A DNA stretch of 36,973 nucleotides from an uncultured Actinomycetota bacterium (GTDB lineage Bacteria; Actinomycetota; Humimicrobiia; Humimicrobiales; Humimicrobiaceae). The notes beneath the pieces were generated by a model. It was given only the letters and a program-made list of their open reading frames with translations, ran no database searches and was not told the origin of the DNA. Location: positions 9,969-46,941 of the forward strand of contig CAYZJW010000001.1 in NCBI GenBank assembly GCA_964478985.1, in the 5' to 3' direction. The translations under genes were made by a program, and so were the position numbers. Shown in pieces: positions 17,574-26,079 of the stretch (within the stretch, counting starts at the first letter, position 1; every line of letters starts with the position of its first letter).

Positions 17574-19040
17574 TTATTGCTTTTCTATAAAGCATGTTCC
17601 CGGGGCTATTTTTTTAAGGTATTGGACAATACCCTCCATTTTAGCCGCTCTTGATCCTTTTACCAGGACTATATCTCCTGTTTCAATGATATTTCCCAGG
17701 TCCTCCAGCAGTTTTTCCCTGTCATCATAAGCCATGCATCTCTGGCTTTTCCCGCAGGTCTCCATGAAACCACGGCATATGTTTTTTGCCAGTTTACCTG
17801 ATGTCACTAAAACGTCAATATCTTTTTTCGAGGCATATTTACCGGTATCTGAGTGCAGCCCGGCGGCAGAATCTCCAAGCTCCAGCATATCCCCCAGGAT
17901 GGCTACGGATCTTCTATTGCTTTTTTTCGATATCAGGTCAAGTGTATCCAGGGCTCCCTGCACCGATACCGGACTGGCATTATAACAGTCATCTATGACC
18001 ATAAGTCCCCCGCATCTCAGTACTTTCATGCGGTGCGCCTCCATGTCAGCATCCTCCAGGCCTTTTTTTATCATGTCGATGCCGGCTCCTGCCATATGGC
18101 ATACTGCTGCTGCCAGGCATGCATTATAAATATTGTGGTAGCCTGGATGGCTGCCCTTTATATGGACCAGCCTTTCTCCTGCTTTATACAGGTCAAAGCT
18201 GAACCTTCCCAGATGGTCGCTATCTTTTTCAATAAAGTTATAATCCCTGCCGCTGTTTCTGCCGAACTCTATTATATCCACACCTGCCAGTCCCTTTATA
18301 AAAGGTGTCATATCATCATCCGCATTCAAAAAAAGCATGCCCCGGTTTGCCCTTACCGGGCCGGCTATCTCGGCCTTGGCCGCAGCCAGACTCTCAATAG
18401 AATCAAAAAACTCCATGTGGGAGCCGCTTATGGAAGTTATTGCCCCTATCTTCACATTACTGGCATCAGCCAGGGGACCTATCTGACCGCCTCCCCTCAT
18501 CCCCAGCTCCGCCACAAAAAAATCGGTACTGCTGTCTATATTGAATATAGTCTTTGAAACACCTATTTCAGTATTAAAATTTTTGGGGGTCTGCACTATA
18601 CCGAAACCCCTTTTAAGGACTGAGGCGACAAGACTTCTGACTGTGGTCTTTCCCAGGCTGCCGGTTATTCCTATGGTCACCACATCAAACTGCCTGATAT
18701 AGCCTCCTGCAAGTCTCATAAGGAAATCCCTGCTGTCATCTGTCTCCAGGATCATTAGGTCCCGGATTTTCCCTGTCCCTTCATATGCCGGCGGCAAAGG
18801 GACCTTTGCCTTTTTCTTTTTTTCATATACCAGGCCCCCGGCACCGGATCTGACTGCAGCATCCATGAAATCATGGCCGTCAAAGTTTTCTCCCGAAACG
18901 GGGATAAACAGGTCTCCTTCTTCCAGTGTCCTGCTGTCTGTGGATATGCTGCCGATCAGGCTTTCCTTATTGCCGGACAGCATCCTGGCGCCCGTCCATA
19001 TAAGGGCATCATCCAGTCTTATCTTTTTTCTTATCTTCAT
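17574..19040 (-). CDS. murF: UDP-MurNAc-tripeptide--D-Ala-D-Ala ligase
   Basis: GITGSLGKTT and DDCYNASP. Its position follows murE, and the ATG overlaps the murE 3' end by 32 nt. Confidence 0.93.
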   Translation of the reverse strand: MKIRKKIRLDDALIWTGARMLSGNKESLIGSISTDSRTLEEGDLFIPVSGENFDGHDFMDAAVRSGAGGLVYEKKKKAKVPLPPAYEGTGKIRDLMILETDDSRDFLMRLAGGYIRQFDVVTIGITGSLGKTTVRSLVASVLKRGFGIVQTPKNFNTEIGVSKTIFNIDSSTDFFVAELGMRGGGQIGPLADASNVKIGAITSISGSHMEFFDSIESLAAAKAEIAGPVRANRGMLFLNADDDMTPFIKGLAGVDIIEFGRNSGRDYNFIEKDSDHLGRFSFDLYKAGERLVHIKGSHPGYHNIYNACLAAAVCHMAGAGIDMIKKGLEDADMEAHRMKVLRCGGLMVIDDCYNASPVSVQGALDTLDLISKKSNRRSVAILGDMLELGDSAAGLHSDTGKYASKKDIDVLVTSGKLAKNICRGFMETCGKSQRCMAYDDREKLLEDLGNIIETGDIVLVKGSRAAKMEGIVQYLKKIAPGTCFIEKQ

Positions 19041-20511
19041 AATATTTTTCTACTACTTCAGTATCACTGAAATGTATCCTCCTGCCTTTTTCAAATTCCT
19101 GATAGTCTTCATGGCCTTTACCGGCTATAAGGACTATGTCGCCGGGACGGGCTTTGTCCATGGCTGTAAATATAGCCTGTTCCCGGTCAGTTATCCTGGC
19201 ATATCCTTTAATGCCTTCCTGCCTGAAGCCTTCCTCGATCATATCTATTATTCTTTCGGGGTCCTCGGACCTGGGATTATCTGAAGTTATTATGGAAAAA
19301 CCGGCAAGCCTGGCTGATATTGCCCCCATCTTTTTCCTTTTATCCCTGTCCCTGTCTCCTCCGCAGCCGAATACAGATATCAGCCTTCCCCCGTCACTCA
19401 AAATATTTGCGGCGGTCTCCAGCACATTCCGCAGGCCGTCAGGAGTATGGGCATAATCCACTATGACTGTCTTTTCGGGGTCCTTGCCTATTTTTTCGAA
19501 TCTTCCCCCGAATCCCTTCATCCTGCTTATGCCGGTCAAAATATGGTCTGTGCTTATCCCGGCTTCCAGACATACCGCAGATGCAGCCAGTATATTATAT
19601 ATATTGAATATGCCGCAAAGAGGAGTCCTGACTTTCAATGCGGGTATGCCGTCGCCCGTGATAACCATTTTTATACCATCCACGGAGCTGGTAATATCAG
19701 CTGCCCGTATCCGGGCTTTTTCATTATTTATGGCATAAGATGTCTTTTTCATGCCGGTTTGGCGGAAAAGCCTGAGCCCGAAACTGTCATCTATATTGAT
19801 AATAGCTTTTCCATCACCATAATACTGCCGGTTTGCAGTGTTAAACAGCCTGGATTTTACTTCAAAATAATCTTCCATACTGCCGTGATAATCAAGGTGA
19901 TCCTGGGACAGGTTGGTAAATACCAGGAAATCAAAATCAATTCCATCTACCCGGTGAAGGTCTATGGAATGGGATGAAACTTCCATGCAGGCAAACTCTG
20001 CCCCGCTTTCAAGACTCCTGGAAAAAAACCTCTGCAGTTCTATTGATTCAGGTGTGGTCCTGTCAAAGATGACTTCTCTGCCGTCTATAAATGACCTGTA
20101 TGTAGTGATGGTGGAAGTCTTTTTTCCGGCTGCCTTCAGTATGGAATCTATAAGCCAGCAGGTGGTGGTCTTACCGTTGGTGCCTGTGATGCCTATCACT
20201 TTGAGCGACCTTGAAGGATCCCCGAAAAAATTCCTGCTTATGGCGGGAAGAGCCTTCCTGGTATCATCGACGATCACCTGGGTTACCGAAGGATCAAGGA
20301 CCAGCTTTTTATTGCATATAACTGCCACGGCACCATTCCTTACCGCATCCAGCGCATGATCATGGCCATCCTGCCTGAATCCCTTTACCGCAGCAAATAA
20401 TCCTCCCCCGGCTGTCTTCCGGGAATCCAATGTTATATCATCTATAGAAATAGCCGGGTCTCCGTAGATCTTTGTATGCCTGACCCCATCCAGTAACTTT
20501 TCTAATCTCAA
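19009..20511 (-). CDS. murE: UDP-MurNAc-L-Ala-D-Glu--2,6-diaminopimelate ligase
   Basis: GITGTNGKTTT, EVSSH, DYAHTPDGL and GCGGDRDRDKRKKMG. The DNPR motif (ITSDNPRSEDP) is typical of meso-DAP-adding enzymes. TTG start. Confidence 0.95.
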   Translation of the reverse strand: MRLEKLLDGVRHTKIYGDPAISIDDITLDSRKTAGGGLFAAVKGFRQDGHDHALDAVRNGAVAVICNKKLVLDPSVTQVIVDDTRKALPAISRNFFGDPSRSLKVIGITGTNGKTTTCWLIDSILKAAGKKTSTITTYRSFIDGREVIFDRTTPESIELQRFFSRSLESGAEFACMEVSSHSIDLHRVDGIDFDFLVFTNLSQDHLDYHGSMEDYFEVKSRLFNTANRQYYGDGKAIINIDDSFGLRLFRQTGMKKTSYAINNEKARIRAADITSSVDGIKMVITGDGIPALKVRTPLCGIFNIYNILAASAVCLEAGISTDHILTGISRMKGFGGRFEKIGKDPEKTVIVDYAHTPDGLRNVLETAANILSDGGRLISVFGCGGDRDRDKRKKMGAISARLAGFSIITSDNPRSEDPERIIDMIEEGFRQEGIKGYARITDREQAIFTAMDKARPGDIVLIAGKGHEDYQEFEKGRRIHFSDTEVVEKYYEDKKKDKTG

Positions 20512-20549
20512 TGCAGACCTTTCCTAAAATATTTTTGCATGACCATTTT

Positions 20550-20574
20550 ACTATATGATTATACATCATATAGT
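20550..20574 (-). other. 10-bp AT-rich hairpin directly after the ftsI stop
   Basis: ACTATATGAT, a 5-nt loop (tatac), then ATCATATAGT. The arms are perfect. It sits 1 nt from the ftsI TGA (20576-20578), inside the only sizeable gap in the mur/fts block. Confidence 0.4.
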
Positions 20575-20575
20575 A

Positions 20576-22282
20576 TCATTTAATGACCTTTATCCTCTGC
20601 AGCGAAAACTCCATTATCTCCCTGAACACCGGAGCGGCTACGGTGCCTCCCCATACTGTCCTTTCCTCGCCCTGAGGCTCATCCACCACTATTATTATTG
20701 CAATTTCCGGATTTTCATAAGGAGCAAAACCCACAAAAGAAGTAATGCTCCTTCCCTCGCTGTATCCCACACCGCTCCTGTTGGCCTTTTCTGCAGTCCC
20801 GGTCTTGCCGCAGACATCTATTCCCTCTATTTGGGCATTGGTGCCTGTGCCGTCCTGGACCACTGAAAGCATCATATCCCTTACAGCAGAGGCTGTCCCG
20901 GCGCTTATTATCCTTTTATCCTCCAGGTCCAGCAGGCTTTTTTCTTCCGGATCACCCGGCATCAGCCCGCTTACAATAGAGGGCTGCAGGAGATATCCGC
21001 CATTCGCGATAGCACATACCGCCCTTAAGAGCTGAAGCGGGGTCACTGAGATGCTCTGTCCTATAGCCAGCGCGCCTATGGTGGAAGCGGGCCAGCTCTC
21101 ATGATCATGAAATATCCCGTTTTCCTCTCCCGGAAGTTCAATGCCTGTCCTGGCCCCGAACCCAAAAGCCTTTATGCCTTCCCAGAAGACCCTGTCTCCC
21201 ATGCTCAGGGCAACCACTACCGCCCCCACATTGCTGGAATTCTGGATTATCTCTGAGGTAGAGTATTGAATATTAGATCTCCTGAATATCTCCTTTATGG
21301 TCCTGTCAGCAACTCTTATAGACGGCGGCAGATCGAAAACCTGCTGGGCGCCGACAGTACCCCGCTCCAGGGCGGAGGCGATGTTTACGATCTTAAAGGT
21401 GGAACCCGGCTCATAAGTAAAGGATGTGCCGGCCGGCTTATAGAGATCCCCGTCATAGTCCTGGTAATTATTGGGGTCAAAGCCGGGATATGAGGCCATA
21501 GCCAGCACTTCACCGTTACGGGGATCCATTACCACTGCTGCAGCGCCTATGGCATCATATTGCCTTACAACCTCCTCAAGGCTTTTTTCAGCCATAAACT
21601 GTATCTGTGTATCTATAGTCAGGACTATATCTTTGCCGTCTACCGGTTCCAGGTATGTCTCTATATTCCCCGGGAGGATATTACCGAACACATCCCTGCC
21701 TGCTTCAGCCCTTCCGTCAATGCCTCTTAATATAGTCTCATACTGAAGCTCTATACCGTACAATCCATTTCCATCTGTACCTGTAAAACCTATGACAGGC
21801 GCCCCCAGCATATCCTGGGGATAATATCTCTTTCCCTCATCCTGTATATATATACCTTCAATTCCCAGACCGGCCACTTCCGAGGCATCGCTGGAATCTA
21901 TCTTCCTCTGTATATATACAAATCCCATATCCCGGTTGGAAAGCTTTTCATAGATCTCCTCCCTGTCCATATCCAGGACTTCTGATATAAGAAAGGCTGC
22001 CTCCCCGGGATCATCTATCTCCCCCGGATTGGCATATATAGTCTTTTCTATGAGGCTGACAGCCAGCTCATTCCCATTGCGGTCCAGTATCTTGCCCCTT
22101 TTGGAATAAAGCTTGAACTCCCCCATGTGCTGATAGCGGGCATAGGTCTGGTATTTGGAAGCATCTAGATATTGTATGGATACCAGCCTGTATGAGATGA
22201 TACAAAAAGCTGCTAAAAATAAAATAAACAGGAAATATATTCTTTTCCTGTTTATCCTGCTCTCTTTTTTTTTTGCTGTCAT
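20576..22282 (-). CDS. ftsI: Class B penicillin-binding protein (septal transpeptidase FtsI/PBP2B-like)
   Basis: N-terminal transmembrane helix and dimerisation domain. Transpeptidase motifs GSTFK (SxxK), NSSN (SxN) and GKTGTA (KTG). Confidence 0.93.
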   Translation of the reverse strand: MTAKKKESRINRKRIYFLFILFLAAFCIISYRLVSIQYLDASKYQTYARYQHMGEFKLYSKRGKILDRNGNELAVSLIEKTIYANPGEIDDPGEAAFLISEVLDMDREEIYEKLSNRDMGFVYIQRKIDSSDASEVAGLGIEGIYIQDEGKRYYPQDMLGAPVIGFTGTDGNGLYGIELQYETILRGIDGRAEAGRDVFGNILPGNIETYLEPVDGKDIVLTIDTQIQFMAEKSLEEVVRQYDAIGAAAVVMDPRNGEVLAMASYPGFDPNNYQDYDGDLYKPAGTSFTYEPGSTFKIVNIASALERGTVGAQQVFDLPPSIRVADRTIKEIFRRSNIQYSTSEIIQNSSNVGAVVVALSMGDRVFWEGIKAFGFGARTGIELPGEENGIFHDHESWPASTIGALAIGQSISVTPLQLLRAVCAIANGGYLLQPSIVSGLMPGDPEEKSLLDLEDKRIISAGTASAVRDMMLSVVQDGTGTNAQIEGIDVCGKTGTAEKANRSGVGYSEGRSITSFVGFAPYENPEIAIIIVVDEPQGEERTVWGGTVAAPVFREIMEFSLQRIKVIK

Positions 22283-22299
22283 TTTCTTACATATCTACA

Positions 22300-22827
22300 T
22301 CAGGGTATAAAAAATGTCAATACGCTTTCTGATACCACCAGCACTATATCCTGGAAATAATATAAGGTCCCCAGCAGATTGTCATAATTACCTGGTATTG
22401 CCGGCAGGCTTTCCCTGGATATATAATCAAATATCTTTTCATTATTTATGATATCGTCCCCGGAGATAGCTATGACTTCCATGGGATCCGACTTCATCTC
22501 CAGCCTTTCACCGGCAGCTGCAAGTATGCGTGAAGGTGACCTCAAAGACGATATCTCCAGCTTCAGCCTGTCAGACCTGTCTTCCTCTACAGCTATCATG
22601 CCATTGAGCCTGTATATCTCTTTCTGGTAATTTATACTCTGCACCTTTAGCCCTATATTCAGCAAAAGCCCCAGGCAGGCAAACAGGATAACGACCACCA
22701 TAATATAAAAAGGTCCGCTATTGCAGTATAATACCTGTCTTCCCTGCCGTACTCTCTTGTCTTCTTTAACAAGATAAAGTACAGGTTTCTGGAAATCATT
22801 AAGTTTTTCTGCTGTTTCCGGCATCAT
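22300..22827 (-). CDS. ftsL: FtsL-like bitopic division protein with extended C-terminus
   Basis: Sits in the rsmH-ftsI slot. It has one transmembrane helix, a coiled coil, and SSLRSPSRILAAAGERLEM, which resembles the FtsL-family motif. Confidence 0.7.
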   Translation of the reverse strand: MMPETAEKLNDFQKPVLYLVKEDKRVRQGRQVLYCNSGPFYIMVVVILFACLGLLLNIGLKVQSINYQKEIYRLNGMIAVEEDRSDRLKLEISSLRSPSRILAAAGERLEMKSDPMEVIAISGDDIINNEKIFDYISRESLPAIPGNYDNLLGTLYYFQDIVLVVSESVLTFFIP

Positions 22828-22831
22828 CTTT

Positions 22832-23776
22832 TCAAACTTTCTTCAATGCTCTTAGCCTGGCGCTCCCCGAACGGGGGTTTTGCCTTATTTCGCTCTCATC
22901 AGCCATGACCGCCCCTTTTGTCAGGGTCTCTGCTCTTTTTTTGGCTCCGCACCTGCAGACAGGCAGGCCCGGGGGACATGTGCATATGCCTTCAAATTCC
23001 CTGAACATCGTCTTTACCATCCTGTCTTCCAGTGAATGATAGGAGATTATGATCATCCTGCCGCCTGTTTTCAGTACCTGGAAGCCGTCATCAATTGCTT
23101 TTTCAAGGTTCTCCAGTTCCCTGTTTACCTCTATCCTTATAGCCTGGAATACTCTTTTTGCAGGGTCTCCCCTGCGCCTGCCGTGTGAACCGGGGGGAAT
23201 GGAGCCCCTTATTATAGCGGCAAGTTCCCCGGTTGTTCCTATAAATCCATGCTTTCTTCTTTTCTCAATATTGGCAGCTATGCGGCGGGAAAACCTTTCC
23301 TCACCGTATTCAAAAAAGATCTTCTCCAGCTTTTCCCCGGGATAACTGTTAACCACATCTGCCGCTGTCAGTTCCTGGCTTCCTGAAAACCTCATATCCA
23401 GGGCTTCATCCCTTCTATAGCTGAATCCCCTTCCCGAACTGTCTATCAGGAAAGAAGACAGGCCCAGGTCCAGCAATATACCGTCTACATCCCCTATTCC
23501 CAGTCTCCTCAATATCTGACTTATATTTGCAAAGTTATCATTGACCGGTATCATATATACGGCCAATGACCCTAATCTATTGGCGGCGGTGCTTAAGGTC
23601 TGACTATGAAGATCTACTCCAATTACTTTGCCTGTGGGGGCAATGGCTTTAATTATTTCTGCAGTATGACCCGCACCGCCAAGTGTCCCGTCGAAGACTA
23701 TGTCTCCCTGCTTCGGGCTCAGATACTCCAGGACCTTATCAAGCAAAACTGGTATATGGAAGAAATCTTTACCCAT
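22832..23776 (-). CDS. rsmH: 16S rRNA (cytosine1402-N4)-methyltransferase
   Basis: HIPVLLDKVLEYL, DGTLGGAGH, DLGLSS and SYHSLEDRMVK. Confidence 0.96.
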   Translation of the reverse strand: MGKDFFHIPVLLDKVLEYLSPKQGDIVFDGTLGGAGHTAEIIKAIAPTGKVIGVDLHSQTLSTAANRLGSLAVYMIPVNDNFANISQILRRLGIGDVDGILLDLGLSSFLIDSSGRGFSYRRDEALDMRFSGSQELTAADVVNSYPGEKLEKIFFEYGEERFSRRIAANIEKRRKHGFIGTTGELAAIIRGSIPPGSHGRRRGDPAKRVFQAIRIEVNRELENLEKAIDDGFQVLKTGGRMIIISYHSLEDRMVKTMFREFEGICTCPPGLPVCRCGAKKRAETLTKGAVMADESEIRQNPRSGSARLRALKKV

Positions 23777-23790
23777 ACCGGCCCGCTTCT

Positions 23791-24225
23791 CTAAAATCCC
23801 AATTCCTCAAATGCATCCTGGTCCTCAGAGAACTGGGAATCAGCCTTATTATAATAACTGTTCCAGTTTTCCTCTGACCAGATCTCTGCCCTGTCCGATA
23901 CTCCTACCAGGACTATTTCTTTTTTCAAACCAGCATATTCTATCAGGTTCTGGGGGATCCTGGTCCTTCCCTGCTGGTCTATACTTTCCATGGAAGCTGA
24001 TGAGAAAAACCATCTTGAGAAACTCTGTATATTCCTCCTGGCCATGGGATTCTCCGCTATCTTATCCTCTATCCTCTTCCATCCTTCCCTGGAAAACATA
24101 AACAGGCACTTCTCATCGAAACCTTTGGTGATTATTACTCCCTTTATTATTTCTTCCCGGAACTTTGCAGGGATGAATATCCTGCCTTTACTGTCTATTG
24201 TCCTGCGATGTTCGCCTAAAAACAT
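23791..24225 (-). CDS. mraZ: Transcriptional regulator MraZ
   Basis: Two SpoVT/AbrB-type repeats: DSKGRIFIPAKFR and DQQGRTRIPQNL. It is the first gene of the dcw cluster. Confidence 0.96.
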   Translation of the reverse strand: MFLGEHRRTIDSKGRIFIPAKFREEIIKGVIITKGFDEKCLFMFSREGWKRIEDKIAENPMARRNIQSFSRWFFSSASMESIDQQGRTRIPQNLIEYAGLKKEIVLVGVSDRAEIWSEENWNSYYNKADSQFSEDQDAFEELGF

Positions 24226-24256
24226 TTACAGCCTGCCGGACCATTTTTAACAAAAT

Positions 24257-24295
24257 AGTGGGAAAACTATTCCATTTTCCACCACTTTCCCCCAC
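24257..24295 (-). promoter_or_regulatory. Putative MraZ operator: three GTGG-type boxes at 10-bp phasing
   Basis: The minus strand reads GTGGG-ggaaa-GTGGT-ggaaa-ATGGA (24271-24295). An inverted GTGGGAAAA copy lies at 24258-24266. The site is 32-70 nt upstream of the mraZ ATG. Confidence 0.5.
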
Positions 24296-24466
24296 ATCAC
24301 ACCAATAAAGTACCATATTAAACATCATTTGTAAACTAATTTTTAAAAAAATAGTAAAAATAATTATTATTATTTAGTGGATTTTTTATTCAATAATAAT
24401 ATCTAACTATATATTGTTATTGAATAAGACAATATGATATGCATACACAATATATTGTGCAGACTG

Positions 24467-24706
24467 TCAGTTTTCCCTGTCTATCTCCAGTTCCCTGGCA
24501 ACCAGCCTTCCTTCTTCTGACCTGGTAAGCTCTTCTATCTTCTGTTCCGCCTGGTTCAGCTTTTTGAGGCAATGGGAAGAAAGCTTTATGCCCTGTTCAA
24601 ATCTCTGCATGGAATCCTCCAGAGATATATTTTCATCTTCCAGCTTTTTAACTACCTCTTCCAGTTTCTCCAGCGCTTCCTCAAAATCCATTTTATCGAT
24701 GTTCAT
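24467..24706 (-). CDS. xseB: Exodeoxyribonuclease VII small subunit
   Basis: 79 aa, all helical: FEEALEKLEEVVKKLEDENISLEDSMQRFEQGIKLSSHC. The start lies 1 nt after the xseA stop. Confidence 0.9.
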   Translation of the reverse strand: MNIDKMDFEEALEKLEEVVKKLEDENISLEDSMQRFEQGIKLSSHCLKKLNQAEQKIEELTRSEEGRLVARELEIDREN

Positions 24707-24707
24707 G

Positions 24708-26069
24708 TTAGATCCCCGACCCGGATAATCTTTTTGTTAATATCTCAAGCACCCTGGCTTTGATGCTTCCGTCTCCCAGCTGTATCCCAATATCATCGCC
24801 GGGAGAAACTGCTTTTACGCTTTTTATGCTTTTATCCTCTATGGTGATTATGGCAAAACCTCTTTTAATTATATTTGCCGGGCTGTTTTTCTCAAGGCTT
24901 TCCATGGTAAATCCGGCAAATCTTTTTTTGCTCTCTATATGGTTGGCAATACTGTTTTTCCACCTGAATATATTATTCTTAACAGTAAGCCTGGCCGAAC
25001 CGATGCGCGAGATTATCCTTTCCCGCCTCAGCCCGGCATTCCATCCGGCCAGGACCTTTCTTTTCTTGCCGGTGATGTCTTCCATATTGTCTTCTAGACC
25101 CCTGAGCGCCATGACAGTATCCTGGTATTTAGCCCCCAGGAGAGTGTCGGGCCTTAGAAAATATTTTCTGTCTATAAGGGACCGCAAATACCTCCGGTAG
25201 TTTTTGGCCAGTCCCAGGGATCTTTCCCGCATGGCTGCCGCCGCAGTCTTGATATCCCTGGTGATCTTTTCCTTGTCCAGGATCACGTTTTCAGCGGCTA
25301 CCGATGGAGTAGCAGCCCTGAGGTCTGCCACAAGATCTGATATGGTAAGATCTGTCTGGTGCCCGACTGCCGAGATAACAGGGATGGTGCAGTCATATAT
25401 GGTGCAGGCCAGTTCCTCGCTGTTAAAACCCCACAGGTCTTCCAGGGAACCGCCGCCCCTGGCTATTATTATTACGTCCACACCGTACTGGCATAGATCT
25501 TCTATGGCCTGGCAGAGATCTGCCGCTGAGGTCATGCCGCCAACATTTACATTCCTTACTATGAGATGAAAATTAGGGAACCTTTTTTCCAGGACAGATA
25601 CCATATCCTTAAGCACCGCCCCGCCGATGGATGTGGCTACTCCTATCCTCTGCGGGAGCATGGGTATCTTTTTTTTCTTTCCGCTGTCGAAATACCCCTT
25701 TTTTGAAAGTTTATCCTTTAACTGCTCAAAGGCCAGTATCAGGGCACCTTTTCCCACGGGACGGGCATCAAGAGCTATGACCTGGTATTCACCCCTTTTT
25801 TCGTAGACAGAGACATAGCCGTTCACCTGCAGGTGCAGTCCTTCTTCCATATCAAATACCAGCCTGCGGTTATTCTGATGGAACATCACTATCCTGACCT
25901 TGCTGTCTTCGTCCTTCAGGTCAAAGTACATATGCCGGGAGTTATGGAAAAAGAAATTGCTTACTTCTCCTTCCACCCAGATATCGGGAAAGCTGCCTTC
26001 CAGGTCCTGCCTGATCAGGCGGTTTAATCCGCTTACGCTGTAGATGATGGGAATATTACTGTTATTCAT
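24708..26069 (-). CDS. xseA: Exodeoxyribonuclease VII large subunit
   Basis: N-terminal OB fold (IWVEGEVSNFFFHNSRHMYFDLKD) and catalytic core (IIIARGGGSLEDLWGFN, AVGHQTD). Confidence 0.93.
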   Translation of the reverse strand: MNNSNIPIIYSVSGLNRLIRQDLEGSFPDIWVEGEVSNFFFHNSRHMYFDLKDEDSKVRIVMFHQNNRRLVFDMEEGLHLQVNGYVSVYEKRGEYQVIALDARPVGKGALILAFEQLKDKLSKKGYFDSGKKKKIPMLPQRIGVATSIGGAVLKDMVSVLEKRFPNFHLIVRNVNVGGMTSAADLCQAIEDLCQYGVDVIIIARGGGSLEDLWGFNSEELACTIYDCTIPVISAVGHQTDLTISDLVADLRAATPSVAAENVILDKEKITRDIKTAAAAMRERSLGLAKNYRRYLRSLIDRKYFLRPDTLLGAKYQDTVMALRGLEDNMEDITGKKRKVLAGWNAGLRRERIISRIGSARLTVKNNIFRWKNSIANHIESKKRFAGFTMESLEKNSPANIIKRGFAIITIEDKSIKSVKAVSPGDDIGIQLGDGSIKARVLEILTKRLSGSGI

Positions 26070-26079
26070 CGGTATAGCA

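Noticed and set aside
24307-24335. A specific mraZ promoter call (TTTACA-N17-TACTTT on the minus strand)
   Set aside because: The -10 element is poor, and several equally weak alternatives exist in this AT-rich region. I cannot pick one from sequence alone, so I did not list it as a feature.
24386-24427. The 11-bp inverted repeat as the xseB intrinsic terminator
   Set aside because: The stem is entirely A-U, the loop is 20 nt, and the minus-strand sequence after it is A-rich rather than U-rich.
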